Below are positions 1 through 8,021 of a stretch of 64,000 nt of DNA, one piece after another (positions within the stretch are counted from its first letter, which is position 1; the number at the start of each line of letters is the position of its first letter). The position numbers were made by a program, and so were the translations under genes. The notes under the pieces were generated by a model. That model searched no databases, was not told where the DNA came from, and was given only the letters and a program-made list of their open reading frames with translations. Origin of the DNA: Dehalococcoidia bacterium (GTDB lineage: Bacteria > Chloroflexota > Dehalococcoidia > UBA2979); assembly GCA_964291495.2 (NCBI GenBank), contig OZ219871.1, positions 1,248,001 to 1,312,000 of the forward strand, in the 5' to 3' direction.

Positions 1-36
1 TGGCGATTGTAGCGCTCGCCGCCGGGCCCGCAGCGG

Positions 37-864
37 CTAGGGCTGCTCGACGACCTCGCGCGCGCGGATGCCGAGGCCGAGCCGCAGCGCGGTGCAGTGC
101 ATCATCATCGTCGCCAGTGCGGGCAATGCGGCGTCGACGACGGCGCGCGCCTCGGCGATGGCCTCCCCGCGCACCCCGGCGGCGCGCAGCGCCTCCTCGT
201 CGGCGCGCAGCGGTTGCGCGAGGAAGCGCGTCGAGGAGCGCGCGTAGAAGTAGAGCGCACGCCCGCGCTGCCGGAACAGCGGGTAGGCCGAGAGGTGCTG
301 CAGCTCGTCCCACGCCGCCTCGAGGTAGCCGGGCCAGACCGCGATCGCGCGGTACAGCTCCGGAGGGCGCGCCAGCTGCAGCTGCTCGGCCACCTCGGGC
401 AGCGGCCCGGCGACCGCCGAGGCGAATTCCACCTCGCGCTCCCTGTGTGCGCGCTCGCGCTCGCTGCTCTCGCGCGGGGCGGGGCGGCCCTGCCCGCCGA
501 CCGAGGGCGCCTCGCGCGCCTCGGCCAGCGCGGCGCAGAGCAGCAGCAACTGCGGCTGCACGAGGTGGAAGACGTCGAGCACGCCGAGCAGGCAGTCGAG
601 GTCGTCCGCCGTGAGCGCGCCGCCGAGCAGCGTCTCGCGGCTGAGCGCGGGCTGGTAGACCTCCTCGACGGCGTCGAGCGCCATGTCGGCCATGTAGAGC
701 GCGCTGCCGAGGAAGCCCGCGGTCTCGACGGACGGCTCGAGCTGCGGCCAGACGGCCTCGAGCACGCCCTCGCAGGCCCCGAGGTGGGCAATCACCTCGG
801 GCACGAAGGGAGAGCGGAGCGCGGCCGCGACGGCCTCGGCTGTGGGTGACGGCGCGGCGGTCAT
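37..864 (-). CDS. DehI-family (group I haloacid dehalogenase-like) protein, possibly non-catalytic
   Basis: Two internally similar helical halves (LRSPFVPEVIAHLG..VWPQL and LQLARPPELYRAIAVWPGYLEAAWDEL) resembling the DehI repeat; TATCCT box 7 nt upstream of the ATG. Confidence 0.55.
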   Translation of the reverse strand: MTAAPSPTAEAVAAALRSPFVPEVIAHLGACEGVLEAVWPQLEPSVETAGFLGSALYMADMALDAVEEVYQPALSRETLLGGALTADDLDCLLGVLDVFHLVQPQLLLLCAALAEAREAPSVGGQGRPAPRESSERERAHREREVEFASAVAGPLPEVAEQLQLARPPELYRAIAVWPGYLEAAWDELQHLSAYPLFRQRGRALYFYARSSTRFLAQPLRADEEALRAAGVRGEAIAEARAVVDAALPALATMMMHCTALRLGLGIRAREVVEQP

Positions 865-912
865 CGAGCGGAGGATAGCGCGACGCGGGCACGTCGCCCG
901 CGCAGTCCGGGG

Positions 913-1512
913 CTATCCGGCGGGAGCGGCGTGCGGTCCCGCCTCCCAGCCGACGACGGCGAGATGCTCGCGCGCGAACCCCGCCGGAAGCGGGTGCGTC
1001 TCCGTGGCCATGATGTTGTTCCAGTGATTGAGGAAGCCGCGCCAGCTGATCACGGCGACCAGCTCCACGATCTCGCCGTCGTCGAACCACTCGCGCAGGG
1101 CCTCGAAGTGCTGCTCGGTAACGAGGTTCGGCACGACCGAGCCGTCCCGGGCCAGCCGCAGCGCCGCCTTCTCGCGCGCCGTGAACAGCTCGCTCTCCTC
1201 GAAGTCGTAGACCGCGCGCAGCTTCTCGACGGGCATCCCGTTGCTCGCCGCCCGGAAGGTGGCGTGGGACTGGGTGTGCGAGCAGCGCGCCGCGATGTCG
1301 ACGGCCAGCGAGACGATGCTCTTCAGCTCGCGCTCGACGGTGCCGGAGCGGGTGGCGGCGAGCATGACGCTCATGGCCTTCACCAGCTCGGGCCGCCGCG
1401 CCATCGTGAGCTGCCCTCGAGGGATGTAGCCGCCCGTCTCCTCCATCGCCTGTAGCGAGTCCCGGATCTCCGGGTCCACGTCCTCGATCGCCAGGGCTGC
1501 GACGTGCGCCAT
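913..1512 (-). CDS. Carboxymuconolactone decarboxylase / AhpD-like protein
   Basis: MARRPEL..ELKSIVSLAV..RCSHTQSH..FTAREKAALRLA..LREWFDDGEIVELVAVI pattern; AAGGAG RBS. Confidence 0.8.
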   Translation of the reverse strand: MAHVAALAIEDVDPEIRDSLQAMEETGGYIPRGQLTMARRPELVKAMSVMLAATRSGTVERELKSIVSLAVDIAARCSHTQSHATFRAASNGMPVEKLRAVYDFEESELFTAREKAALRLARDGSVVPNLVTEQHFEALREWFDDGEIVELVAVISWRGFLNHWNNIMATETHPLPAGFAREHLAVVGWEAGPHAAPAG

Positions 1513-1594
1513 CGGGGGTCTCCTTTGCGCTGCATCCGCGAGATCTCAGCGAGGCTCACGATAGGAGACGGAGGCCGGAACCGGCACTTCCGGG

Positions 1595-1656
1595 TTGAAG
1601 GGTGCGCAACCCCGAGGTACTGTGGTACCACAAGAACACAACGCAATATCTTGTGG
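1595..1656 (+). promoter_or_regulatory. Sigma70-type promoter and operator-like palindromes of the vapBC operon
   Basis: TTGAAG(1595-1600)-17 nt-TACTGT(1618-1623); perfect palindrome TGTGGTACCACA (1621-1632); inverted repeat CCACAAGA/TCTTGTGG (1628-1656). Confidence 0.6.
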
Positions 1657-1663
1657 AGTAGCC

Positions 1664-1939
1664 TTGAAGACGATCAGCGTGTCCGTGGACGATGGGACCC
1701 ACCGGCTGGCGCGAGTCAGGGCTGCCGAGACCGGCACGACCGTATCCGCCATGATGCGGAACATGCTGCTGGAGATGCTCAAGAGACCAGCAACTACCGA
1801 ACCCGTGGAGACCGAGCACGAAAGACGGGCCCGGCTCCTCGGCGACGTCCTCGAGCGGTTCAGCAACAAGGGCATCGGCGTGGACACCAGCCAGCTGCTG
1901 ACCCGCGAGGAACTGTACGACCGCGATGCGGCTCGCTGA
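1664..1939 (+). CDS. vapB: Ribbon-helix-helix (CopG/VapB-type) antitoxin
   Basis: TTG start after GGAG; KTISVSVDDGTHRLARVRAAETGTTVSAMMRNML RHH pattern; LTREELYDR C-terminus; overlaps the PIN gene. Confidence 0.8.
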   Translation: MKTISVSVDDGTHRLARVRAAETGTTVSAMMRNMLLEMLKRPATTEPVETEHERRARLLGDVLERFSNKGIGVDTSQLLTREELYDRDAAR

Positions 1940-2363
1940 CACCAACATCCTCCTCTACGCCGTGAGCAATCAGGAGGATGTCGCCGCGAAGAAAGTCACG
2001 GCCGCGGCCACCCTGATGGAGCCGGACCTGGCGCTCTCCGTTCAGGTGCTTCAGGAGTTCTACCATCAGGCCACCAGGCCCCGCGGGCCGGCGGGGCTGA
2101 CCCACGAGCAGGCCATCGAGTTCCTGAGACCCCTCGGCACGCTCCCGACTCAGGACATCACAGTGGAGCTGTTCACCAGCGCGACCGGGATCAGGGCGAG
2201 GTTCGGCGTGTCCTACTGGGACGCCGCCATCCTCGCGGCGGCGAAACTGCTGGGATGCGAGGCCGTGTACTCGGAGGACCTGAGCCACGGGCAGAACTAC
2301 GGCGGGGTCATGGTGATCAACCCGTTCCTGGAGGAACGAAGAGCAGAGGAACCAACCACCTGA
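1926..2363 (+). CDS. vapC: PIN-domain (VapC) toxin
   Basis: DTNILLYA, QVLQEF, SYWDAAILAAA, YSEDL, INPF motifs. Confidence 0.9.
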   Translation: MRLADTNILLYAVSNQEDVAAKKVTAAATLMEPDLALSVQVLQEFYHQATRPRGPAGLTHEQAIEFLRPLGTLPTQDITVELFTSATGIRARFGVSYWDAAILAAAKLLGCEAVYSEDLSHGQNYGGVMVINPFLEERRAEEPTT

Positions 2364-2400
2364 CCAGCCGGAACACACCCGCGCTGCCACGCTCGCACTA

Positions 2401-2421
2401 AGAACGCACGTTCGCTATACT
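2401..2421 (+). promoter_or_regulatory. LexA/SOS box beside the ruvB -10 element
   Basis: GAAC-GCAC-GTTC (2402-2413) followed by TATACT (2416-2421). Confidence 0.7.
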
Positions 2422-2450
2422 GTGCGAGGCGGGGTACGGCAGGAGGCGGC

Positions 2451-3518
2451 GTGGACGACGAGAAGCGCGGTCCGCTGGCCCGCACGCAGACCCCCGAAGA
2501 CATCTCGATCGAGCCCACCCTGCGCCCCCGGCGCCTCGAGGAGTACTTCGGTCAGGACACCGTCAAGGAGTCGCTGCGGATCGCGATCGCCGCGGCGAAG
2601 GGGCGGGGCGAACCGCTCGACCACCTGCTGATCCACGGCCCGCCCGGCCTCGGCAAGACGACGCTCGCGATGATCCTCGCGTCCGAGATGGGCGTCTCGA
2701 TCCGCGTCACCTCGGGGCCTGCGATCGAGCGCGCGGGCGACCTCGCCTCGGTGCTCACGAGCCTGCAGCCGGGCGACGTGCTGTTTATCGACGAGGTGCA
2801 CCGGCTGCCGCGCGTCGTCGAGGAGATCCTCTACCCGGCGATGGAGGACTGGGCGCTCGACATCATCCTCGGCAGCGGGCCGAAGGCGCGCGACGTGCGG
2901 CTCACGCTCAACCGCTTCACTCTGATCGCCGCGACCACGCGCTACGCGCTGGTCTCGCAGCCGCTGCGCGACCGCTTCGGGGCGAGCTACCGGTTGGACT
3001 TCTACGACGAGGCGGCGCTGAGCGAGATCGTGCGCCGCTCGGCCGGCGTGCTCGGCTGCTCCATCGACGCCGGCGGGGTCGCGGCCATCGCCAGCCGGGC
3101 GCGCGGCACCGCGCGCGTCGCCAACCGGCTGCTGCGCCGCGTGCGCGACTACGCCGAGGTGGAGGCGGACGGCGTGATCACGGAGCCGGTGGCCGCGCTC
3201 GCCCTCGCGCAGCTCGGTATCGACGAGCTGGGCCTCGACGCGATGGACCGCGAGCTGTTGCGCGTGTTGGTCGAGCGCTTCGGCGGCGGACCGGTGGGCC
3301 TCGAGACGCTGGCCGCAGCGGTCTCCGAAGAGGCCGACACGATCATGGACGTCTACGAGCCGTACCTGCTGAAGATCGGCTACCTGCAGCGCACCCCGCG
3401 CGGGCGGGTCGCCTCGCGGCTGGCGTACGACCGCCTCGGCCTGGAGCCGCCCCCGGCGCTGCTGGCCGCCGTCGCGCAGCAGCCCGCGCTGTTCGAGGAG
3501 AACGGCGCGAGCGCCTGA
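2451..3518 (+). CDS. ruvB: Holliday junction branch migration helicase RuvB
   Basis: [37 protein letters not shown]. Confidence 0.98.
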   Translation: MDDEKRGPLARTQTPEDISIEPTLRPRRLEEYFGQDTVKESLRIAIAAAKGRGEPLDHLLIHGPPGLGKTTLAMILASEMGVSIRVTSGPAIERAGDLASVLTSLQPGDVLFIDEVHRLPRVVEEILYPAMEDWALDIILGSGPKARDVRLTLNRFTLIAATTRYALVSQPLRDRFGASYRLDFYDEAALSEIVRRSAGVLGCSIDAGGVAAIASRARGTARVANRLLRRVRDYAEVEADGVITEPVAALALAQLGIDELGLDAMDRELLRVLVERFGGGPVGLETLAAAVSEEADTIMDVYEPYLLKIGYLQRTPRGRVASRLAYDRLGLEPPPALLAAVAQQPALFEENGASA

Positions 3519-3522
3519 GGCC

Positions 3523-3729
3523 TCAGCGCACCCCCAGCACCATCGCGTCCACCGGGTTGCCGGCGTCGAAGACGGCGACGGCGAGGCGGCGGCCGGCCGT
3601 GAGCTGCGCGGCGGGGATGGCGCGCGAGACCGGCACGGACGTGACCACCGAGGAGAGCGATCCGGCGAAGCGCACGCTCGCCGTCCAGGCGGCGCTGTCG
3701 AAGGCGACCAGGGTGGCGCGCTCCAGCAC
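3523..3729 (-). CDS. Small (68 aa) spike/OB-fold-like virion protein
   Basis: GTG start 2 nt after the upstream stop, preceded by GGAGG; beta-rich sequence ATLVAFDSAAWTASVRF..VPVS..AGRRLAVAVFDAGNPVDAMVLGV resembling the N-domain of gpV/gp5-like spikes. Confidence 0.5.
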   Translation of the reverse strand: MLERATLVAFDSAAWTASVRFAGSLSSVVTSVPVSRAIPAAQLTAGRRLAVAVFDAGNPVDAMVLGVR

Positions 3730-3731
3730 CG

Positions 3732-5702
3732 TCAGACCTCCCCGAGCGTCAGCGTCTGCTCGTAGCGCGGGCGCGCTCCGCGGGCGAAGCGCAGGCGCAG
3801 GCCGGCGACGCGGAACCGCGCGGCCTCGAGGCCTGCCGCCGCATCGCTGACCTCGACGATGTCGCCGGGCTCCTGCACGACATTGGGCCGGACGAGCAGC
3901 TCGCCGCGCTCGACGGCGAGGCGCGACTGGCGCAACAGCGTGCCCGCGCGGGCGGCGACGCGGTCCTGCGCGCCGAGGTTCTCGTCGACGGCGATGACCG
4001 CGCCGGCGCCCTCGGCGATCGCCGACTCGTCGGTCGCCTCGGCGAAGACGCCACTGCCGAAGACCCGCGCCCAGCCGGCGGTCGGGCGGCCGGCCTCGAT
4101 CGCGTGCGCGAGGATGGCGTGGTCCGTGCCGTAGGCGTAGTCGGCCGCGGCGCTCGCGGCCTGCTCGGACAGCACGAGCAGGCGACCATCGCTGCGCAGC
4201 CGGTCCGGCAGCGCGCGCAGCAGCCGGTGCATCGCGGTGGCGGCGCGCTCGCCGGCGCGCATGGTGAACGCCGGGCGCAGCGCGCCAGATTCGGAGCTCG
4301 CGCGGCGCGCGGTCAGCCGCAGCCCGGCGCGCCGCGCGATCGCGGCGAGGATCTCGCCGGCGCTCCGCTGCCCCGCCTCCCATACAAGCTGCTCCGTGGC
4401 GACCCACGTCTCGAGCAGGCCGAGGCCGTCGACCGCGTCCACCTCGACGGTCGCGGTCCCCCCGCTGCGACGCCGCCGGACCGCGGCGATCCAGAAGCGC
4501 GGCCCCTCGGACGTCTCGATACCGGCGCTGCCGCGGTAGCCGGGATGCACCCGCAGCTCGCCGCCGGCCGCCAGGGCGACCGGGGCGCGGGCGCCGGCGT
4601 AGCGGCCGTCCTCATTGCGCAGCGTCAGCCGCAGCCGTCCCTGCTCGCGCTGATCGATCACGGCCTCCAGCACGTCGTCCGTCAGCTCGTGCTCGACGTG
4701 CGCGATGGGGGCGCGCCAGACCGCGTCCGGCGAGGCGAGCCAGGCGGCAGCGGGTGAGGCGACGGCGCCAAGGCCGTACGGAGAGACGTGGGCGAATGGG
4801 CGCGGATCGCGCCACTCGCCGTCGCCGTGGAGGCTGCCGGCAACGCCCGCCGTGATCTGCACGCGGTCGTAGGCGCCCGTCCCCCGGTACGACTCGGCAA
4901 ACACCGCCTGCGGTGCGTCGGCGCGGAGCAGGCCGCTTGCGAGGTAGCCGACGTCCGACCCCGCGGCGGCCGAGGCAACGGCGGCGAGCGGCAGCCAGTG
5001 ACCGGGCGGCTGCCCGCCGCCCACCCCGAGCACCGTGGACCAGACGCCCGCGGCCCCGTCCACCGTGGTCCCCGAGACCAGCACGTTGCAGTCGACCTCG
5101 AAGTACGCGGCGAGGCCGCTGACCGTCGCGAGCGAGCGCGACCAGGCGACGGGCGCGGACCACGCGCCGAGCCCCTGGCGGCGCACGGCGAACACCGTCC
5201 CGCCCGAGGCGTAGAGCACGGCCGCGGACCCGTCGGGGCCGATCGCCACCGCCACCGCCGTGACGGACGAGGCCGCCGTCGCCACCGTCCGTGGCGCTCC
5301 GAAGCTGGCGCCCGAGTCTGCGCTCTCGCGCACCTCCACGCGCTTGCCGTCGGCGCGGACGCTCGCGAGGAGAGCGCGGCTGCCGGAGGCGGCGAGTCCG
5401 AGGCGCGGCGCGACGGCGACCGTCCCGACGGCGGTCCAGGCGTCGAAGCCCTCCCCCGCGGCGGGGTCGGTCACACGCTGGCGGCTGAAGGCGCCGGTGA
5501 TGGGATCGATCCGCGCGCGCAGCAGCGCGCCGTCGCCCGCCGCGGCGAGGGCGCACGGGCCGTCGCGCTCGGCGCCCTCGTGGATGCGCTGCCAGCGCAA
5601 CCGGATCGCGCCGACGTCGCGGTCGAAGAGCCGCACGCGCAGGTAGGGCTCGGCGCTGGCCGCCTGCTGGGCCGCGCGCAGCGTAGGGGTGAGCGCGCGC
5701 AT
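3732..5702 (-). CDS. Phage tail hub/baseplate-like protein with an N-terminal Asp-box beta-propeller-like region
   Basis: ATG at 5702 (MRALTPTL); Asp-box SADSGASF; C-terminal hub-like segments (LRLTLRNEDGRY, VEVDAVDGLGLL, AGEILAAIARRAGL, GELLVRPNVVQEPGDIVEVSD). Confidence 0.55.
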   Translation of the reverse strand: MRALTPTLRAAQQAASAEPYLRVRLFDRDVGAIRLRWQRIHEGAERDGPCALAAAGDGALLRARIDPITGAFSRQRVTDPAAGEGFDAWTAVGTVAVAPRLGLAASGSRALLASVRADGKRVEVRESADSGASFGAPRTVATAASSVTAVAVAIGPDGSAAVLYASGGTVFAVRRQGLGAWSAPVAWSRSLATVSGLAAYFEVDCNVLVSGTTVDGAAGVWSTVLGVGGGQPPGHWLPLAAVASAAAGSDVGYLASGLLRADAPQAVFAESYRGTGAYDRVQITAGVAGSLHGDGEWRDPRPFAHVSPYGLGAVASPAAAWLASPDAVWRAPIAHVEHELTDDVLEAVIDQREQGRLRLTLRNEDGRYAGARAPVALAAGGELRVHPGYRGSAGIETSEGPRFWIAAVRRRRSGGTATVEVDAVDGLGLLETWVATEQLVWEAGQRSAGEILAAIARRAGLRLTARRASSESGALRPAFTMRAGERAATAMHRLLRALPDRLRSDGRLLVLSEQAASAAADYAYGTDHAILAHAIEAGRPTAGWARVFGSGVFAEATDESAIAEGAGAVIAVDENLGAQDRVAARAGTLLRQSRLAVERGELLVRPNVVQEPGDIVEVSDAAAGLEAARFRVAGLRLRFARGARPRYEQTLTLGEV

Positions 5703-5713
5703 GCCGGCCCGCG

Positions 5714-6319
5714 CTACCCGCCGCGCGGCGAGGAGAGCACGCCCGAGCGAGCGCGGCGAGCGCGGCCGTGCCGGGCCAGCGCGCGGGCGAACTCGGCGAG
5801 CCGTTCCTGCGCCCAGACATGGTAGTGCCGCCAGGTGTCCGCGCCGCCGACGTTCACCCGGTTGACCGCGAACGAGGCCCACTCCAGGGCCGCGTAGCCG
5901 CCCGCCCCCGTCGCTGCCAGGTCCTCGAGCGCCGGCGGCAGCGTGCTGCCGGCTTCGTCGAGCGTGTGCAGCTTCGAGTAGTGCACCGTGACCGCCTCGC
6001 CCCCGCCCGGCGGCGCAGCGACCTGCAGCGTCAGCGTGTCGCCCCAGAGCGAGAACGGCGGCCGCGAGGGCGGGTACTGCCCCACCGGGTACTCGACGGC
6101 CTCGATGCTGACGCGGTCGCTCAGGGTCGCGACGCTGAGGTCGCGGCTGCCGGCGACCGTCCGCAGCGCCGCGCTCGCCTCGAGCGGCGCGGCGAGCGAG
6201 AGCTCGCGGACGGCGCGCTCGATGTGACGGTCGAGCGCCTCGTCGGGCCAGCGCTGGTTGGCCGGATCGGTGTCGCGGAGGTCGCGGCGCAGCCGCGCGC
6301 GCATCGACGGCAGGTCCAT
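5714..6319 (-). CDS. Head-tail adaptor/connector-like protein
   Basis: ATG at 6319; N-terminal MRARLRRDLRD..RWPDEALDRHIERAVREL helix-W motif resembling phage adaptors; directly follows the capsid gene. Confidence 0.55.
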   Translation of the reverse strand: MDLPSMRARLRRDLRDTDPANQRWPDEALDRHIERAVRELSLAAPLEASAALRTVAGSRDLSVATLSDRVSIEAVEYPVGQYPPSRPPFSLWGDTLTLQVAAPPGGGEAVTVHYSKLHTLDEAGSTLPPALEDLAATGAGGYAALEWASFAVNRVNVGGADTWRHYHVWAQERLAEFARALARHGRARRARSGVLSSPRGG

Positions 6320-6358
6320 CTCGTCCTCGATTCGGGCTGGAAGGCGCTGGGTGGGGAG

Positions 6359-6399
6359 GAGGGCGGCCGTCCGGCGCACCGGCCGGACGAGCCGCCCTC
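6359..6399 (-). terminator. Strong GC hairpin after the capsid gene (partial terminator or mRNA stabiliser)
   Basis: GAGGGCGGC-CGTCCGGC pairs with GCCGGACG-a-GCCGCCCTC; 6 nt loop; no U-tract. Confidence 0.5.
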
Positions 6400-6413
6400 G
6401 TGCCGGCCTCGGC

Positions 6414-7304
6414 CTAGGGGCGGACGCCGCTGAGCTTCGCGAGCTTCAGCTCGTTGAAGAGCGCGACGGAGACGTACCACTTGACGCGCACGCGGGTGGC
6501 GTCCTTCGTCTCCAGCGCGCCGACCCGCTCGATCGTCAGTCCGCCCGGCGCGGTCAGCCCGGCCACGGCGCCCTCGCCGAACTGCAGGGCGTAGATCGTC
6601 GAGGTGTCCTCGGAGGCGCCGGTGGTGTCGTCGTCGGCGATGTGGTCGTTCACGCCGATCGGGATGCCGTCGTAGAAGGCGACCATGCGGCCGAACTCGT
6701 CGCGGTCGTGCTCGACGATCCCGCCGCCGCTGGCCCGCGCGAGCTTGTTGAGCGTACGCCGCGAGCGGCGCGACATCAGCAGCATCTCCGGCTTGCCGCC
6801 GCGCACGGAGTCGATCAGCTCGTCGAGCTTGTCGAGCGTCAGCGTCGCGCCGTTCGTCCCCATCGAGACCGTCTGGGCCGAGGCGCACAGCTCGGCGAGG
6901 CCGTCGAAGGACTTCGCGTCGCCGCTGGTATCGCCGTTGATGAAGGTGTCGTCGAACTTCTGCTGGACGGACTTCGCCTTGAGCGCGACGACCGCCGCCT
7001 CGATGTCCTGCACGTTGTTGCGGGTGCGGGCGATGTAGTTGTCGATGTCCGCGTCGCCGCCGAGGATCGTCAGCGCCGTCGTGATCTGCGTGAAGGTGGG
7101 CGTGTCCTCGGACCAGGTGTCGCCCACGTTGTAGAAGGCGGCCGAGGCCCCGAGCTTCTCGCGGTTGTAGGTCAGCCCGTTGCCGACGATCTCGATGAAC
7201 GGCAGCCGCTGCAGGATCGGGCTGTCGTAGACGACGGTCTCGATCACGCCCTCGAGCAGCACGTCGTTCGAGAGCTTCGCGCCTTCGGTCAGTGTCAGTG
7301 CCAT
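6414..7304 (-). CDS. Phage-type major capsid protein (probable HK97 fold)
   Basis: 296 aa; SPILQRLPF..GNGLTYNRE, ILGGDADIDNYI, KAKSVQQKFDDTFINGD..SFDGL, LDKLDELID, FYDGIPI, TSTIYALQFG, RVRVKWYVSVAL; AAGGAG RBS. Confidence 0.85.
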   Translation of the reverse strand: MALTLTEGAKLSNDVLLEGVIETVVYDSPILQRLPFIEIVGNGLTYNREKLGASAAFYNVGDTWSEDTPTFTQITTALTILGGDADIDNYIARTRNNVQDIEAAVVALKAKSVQQKFDDTFINGDTSGDAKSFDGLAELCASAQTVSMGTNGATLTLDKLDELIDSVRGGKPEMLLMSRRSRRTLNKLARASGGGIVEHDRDEFGRMVAFYDGIPIGVNDHIADDDTTGASEDTSTIYALQFGEGAVAGLTAPGGLTIERVGALETKDATRVRVKWYVSVALFNELKLAKLSGVRP

Positions 7305-7417
7305 GGTGTCGTGTCTCGCTCCTTCCGGCGCGCGCCGCGCGCCTCGCTCGTGATTGCCGCGGGCACGCTAGGGGCGCGCGCCGCCTGCTCCGAGGGCCAT
7401 GTGGCAGCGCTCGCCGG

Positions 7418-7906
7418 CTACGCCCGGGTCCGCTGCTCGAGGCCGTACGCGATCTTCTCGGCGGTGCTCATCGCCTCCGTGCGCGGCCCGCGCCGCTCCG
7501 GCGCACCGGCCGGGAAGCCGCGCACCGCCTCGTCCTCCGACTCGCGGGCGATCCGCTCGCGGATCTCGGCGACCGTGCGGCGCGCCGCCTCGACCGAGGC
7601 GTCGACCGCCTCGACGTCGTCGCCCTCGATCAGCTCCGGCGGCAGCGACGGCTCGGCCTGCAACAGCGCACCGCGATAACGCGCGACGGTGGCGCGGCGC
7701 GACGCTCGCTCCGCGTCGAGGGCGTCGCGGGCCTCCTGCAGCTCGCTGCGCAGCGTCGCCAGCTCATCGCGTTCCGCCTCGGCGACGGCCGCAAGCTCCG
7801 CCGCTGCCTCGTCGGGCAGGTCGTCCCCGGCCTGTTCGGGATCCGCGAGCGTCTCGCTCGAGGCCGCGTTCGCGCCGTCCTGCTCCATCGCGTCGTGCTC
7901 TGTCAT
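7418..7906 (-). CDS. Capsid scaffolding-like protein
   Basis: ATG at 7906 after AAGGAG; acidic disordered N-terminus, coiled coil, short C-terminal PAGAP..MSTAEKIAYGL tail; immediately upstream of the capsid gene. Confidence 0.65.
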   Translation of the reverse strand: MTEHDAMEQDGANAASSETLADPEQAGDDLPDEAAAELAAVAEAERDELATLRSELQEARDALDAERASRRATVARYRGALLQAEPSLPPELIEGDDVEAVDASVEAARRTVAEIRERIARESEDEAVRGFPAGAPERRGPRTEAMSTAEKIAYGLEQRTRA

Positions 7907-8021
7907 GCGTCTCTCCTTCGGGCATCCGGTGTTCCGGATCGGGGTCGTCGAAGGGGCACGCTGCGCGTTGCGCGTGGAAACTCCGAGGGTCGGGTGGCGC
8001 TCGGCGCGGTACGATCCGGCC

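Noticed and set aside
3523-5702. Contractile injection system or tailocin
   Set aside because: No sheath, tube, wedge or tape-measure genes
6414-7304. Classical family 1/2 encapsulin
   Set aside because: No peroxidase, ferritin or desulfurase cargo adjacent; the neighbours are scaffold-, adaptor- and hub-like, which encapsulins lack
3523-7906. Complete or inducible prophage, or a phage satellite
   Set aside because: No integrase, att repeats, repressor, primase/replication, terminase, portal or lysis genes; the flanks are intact core genes
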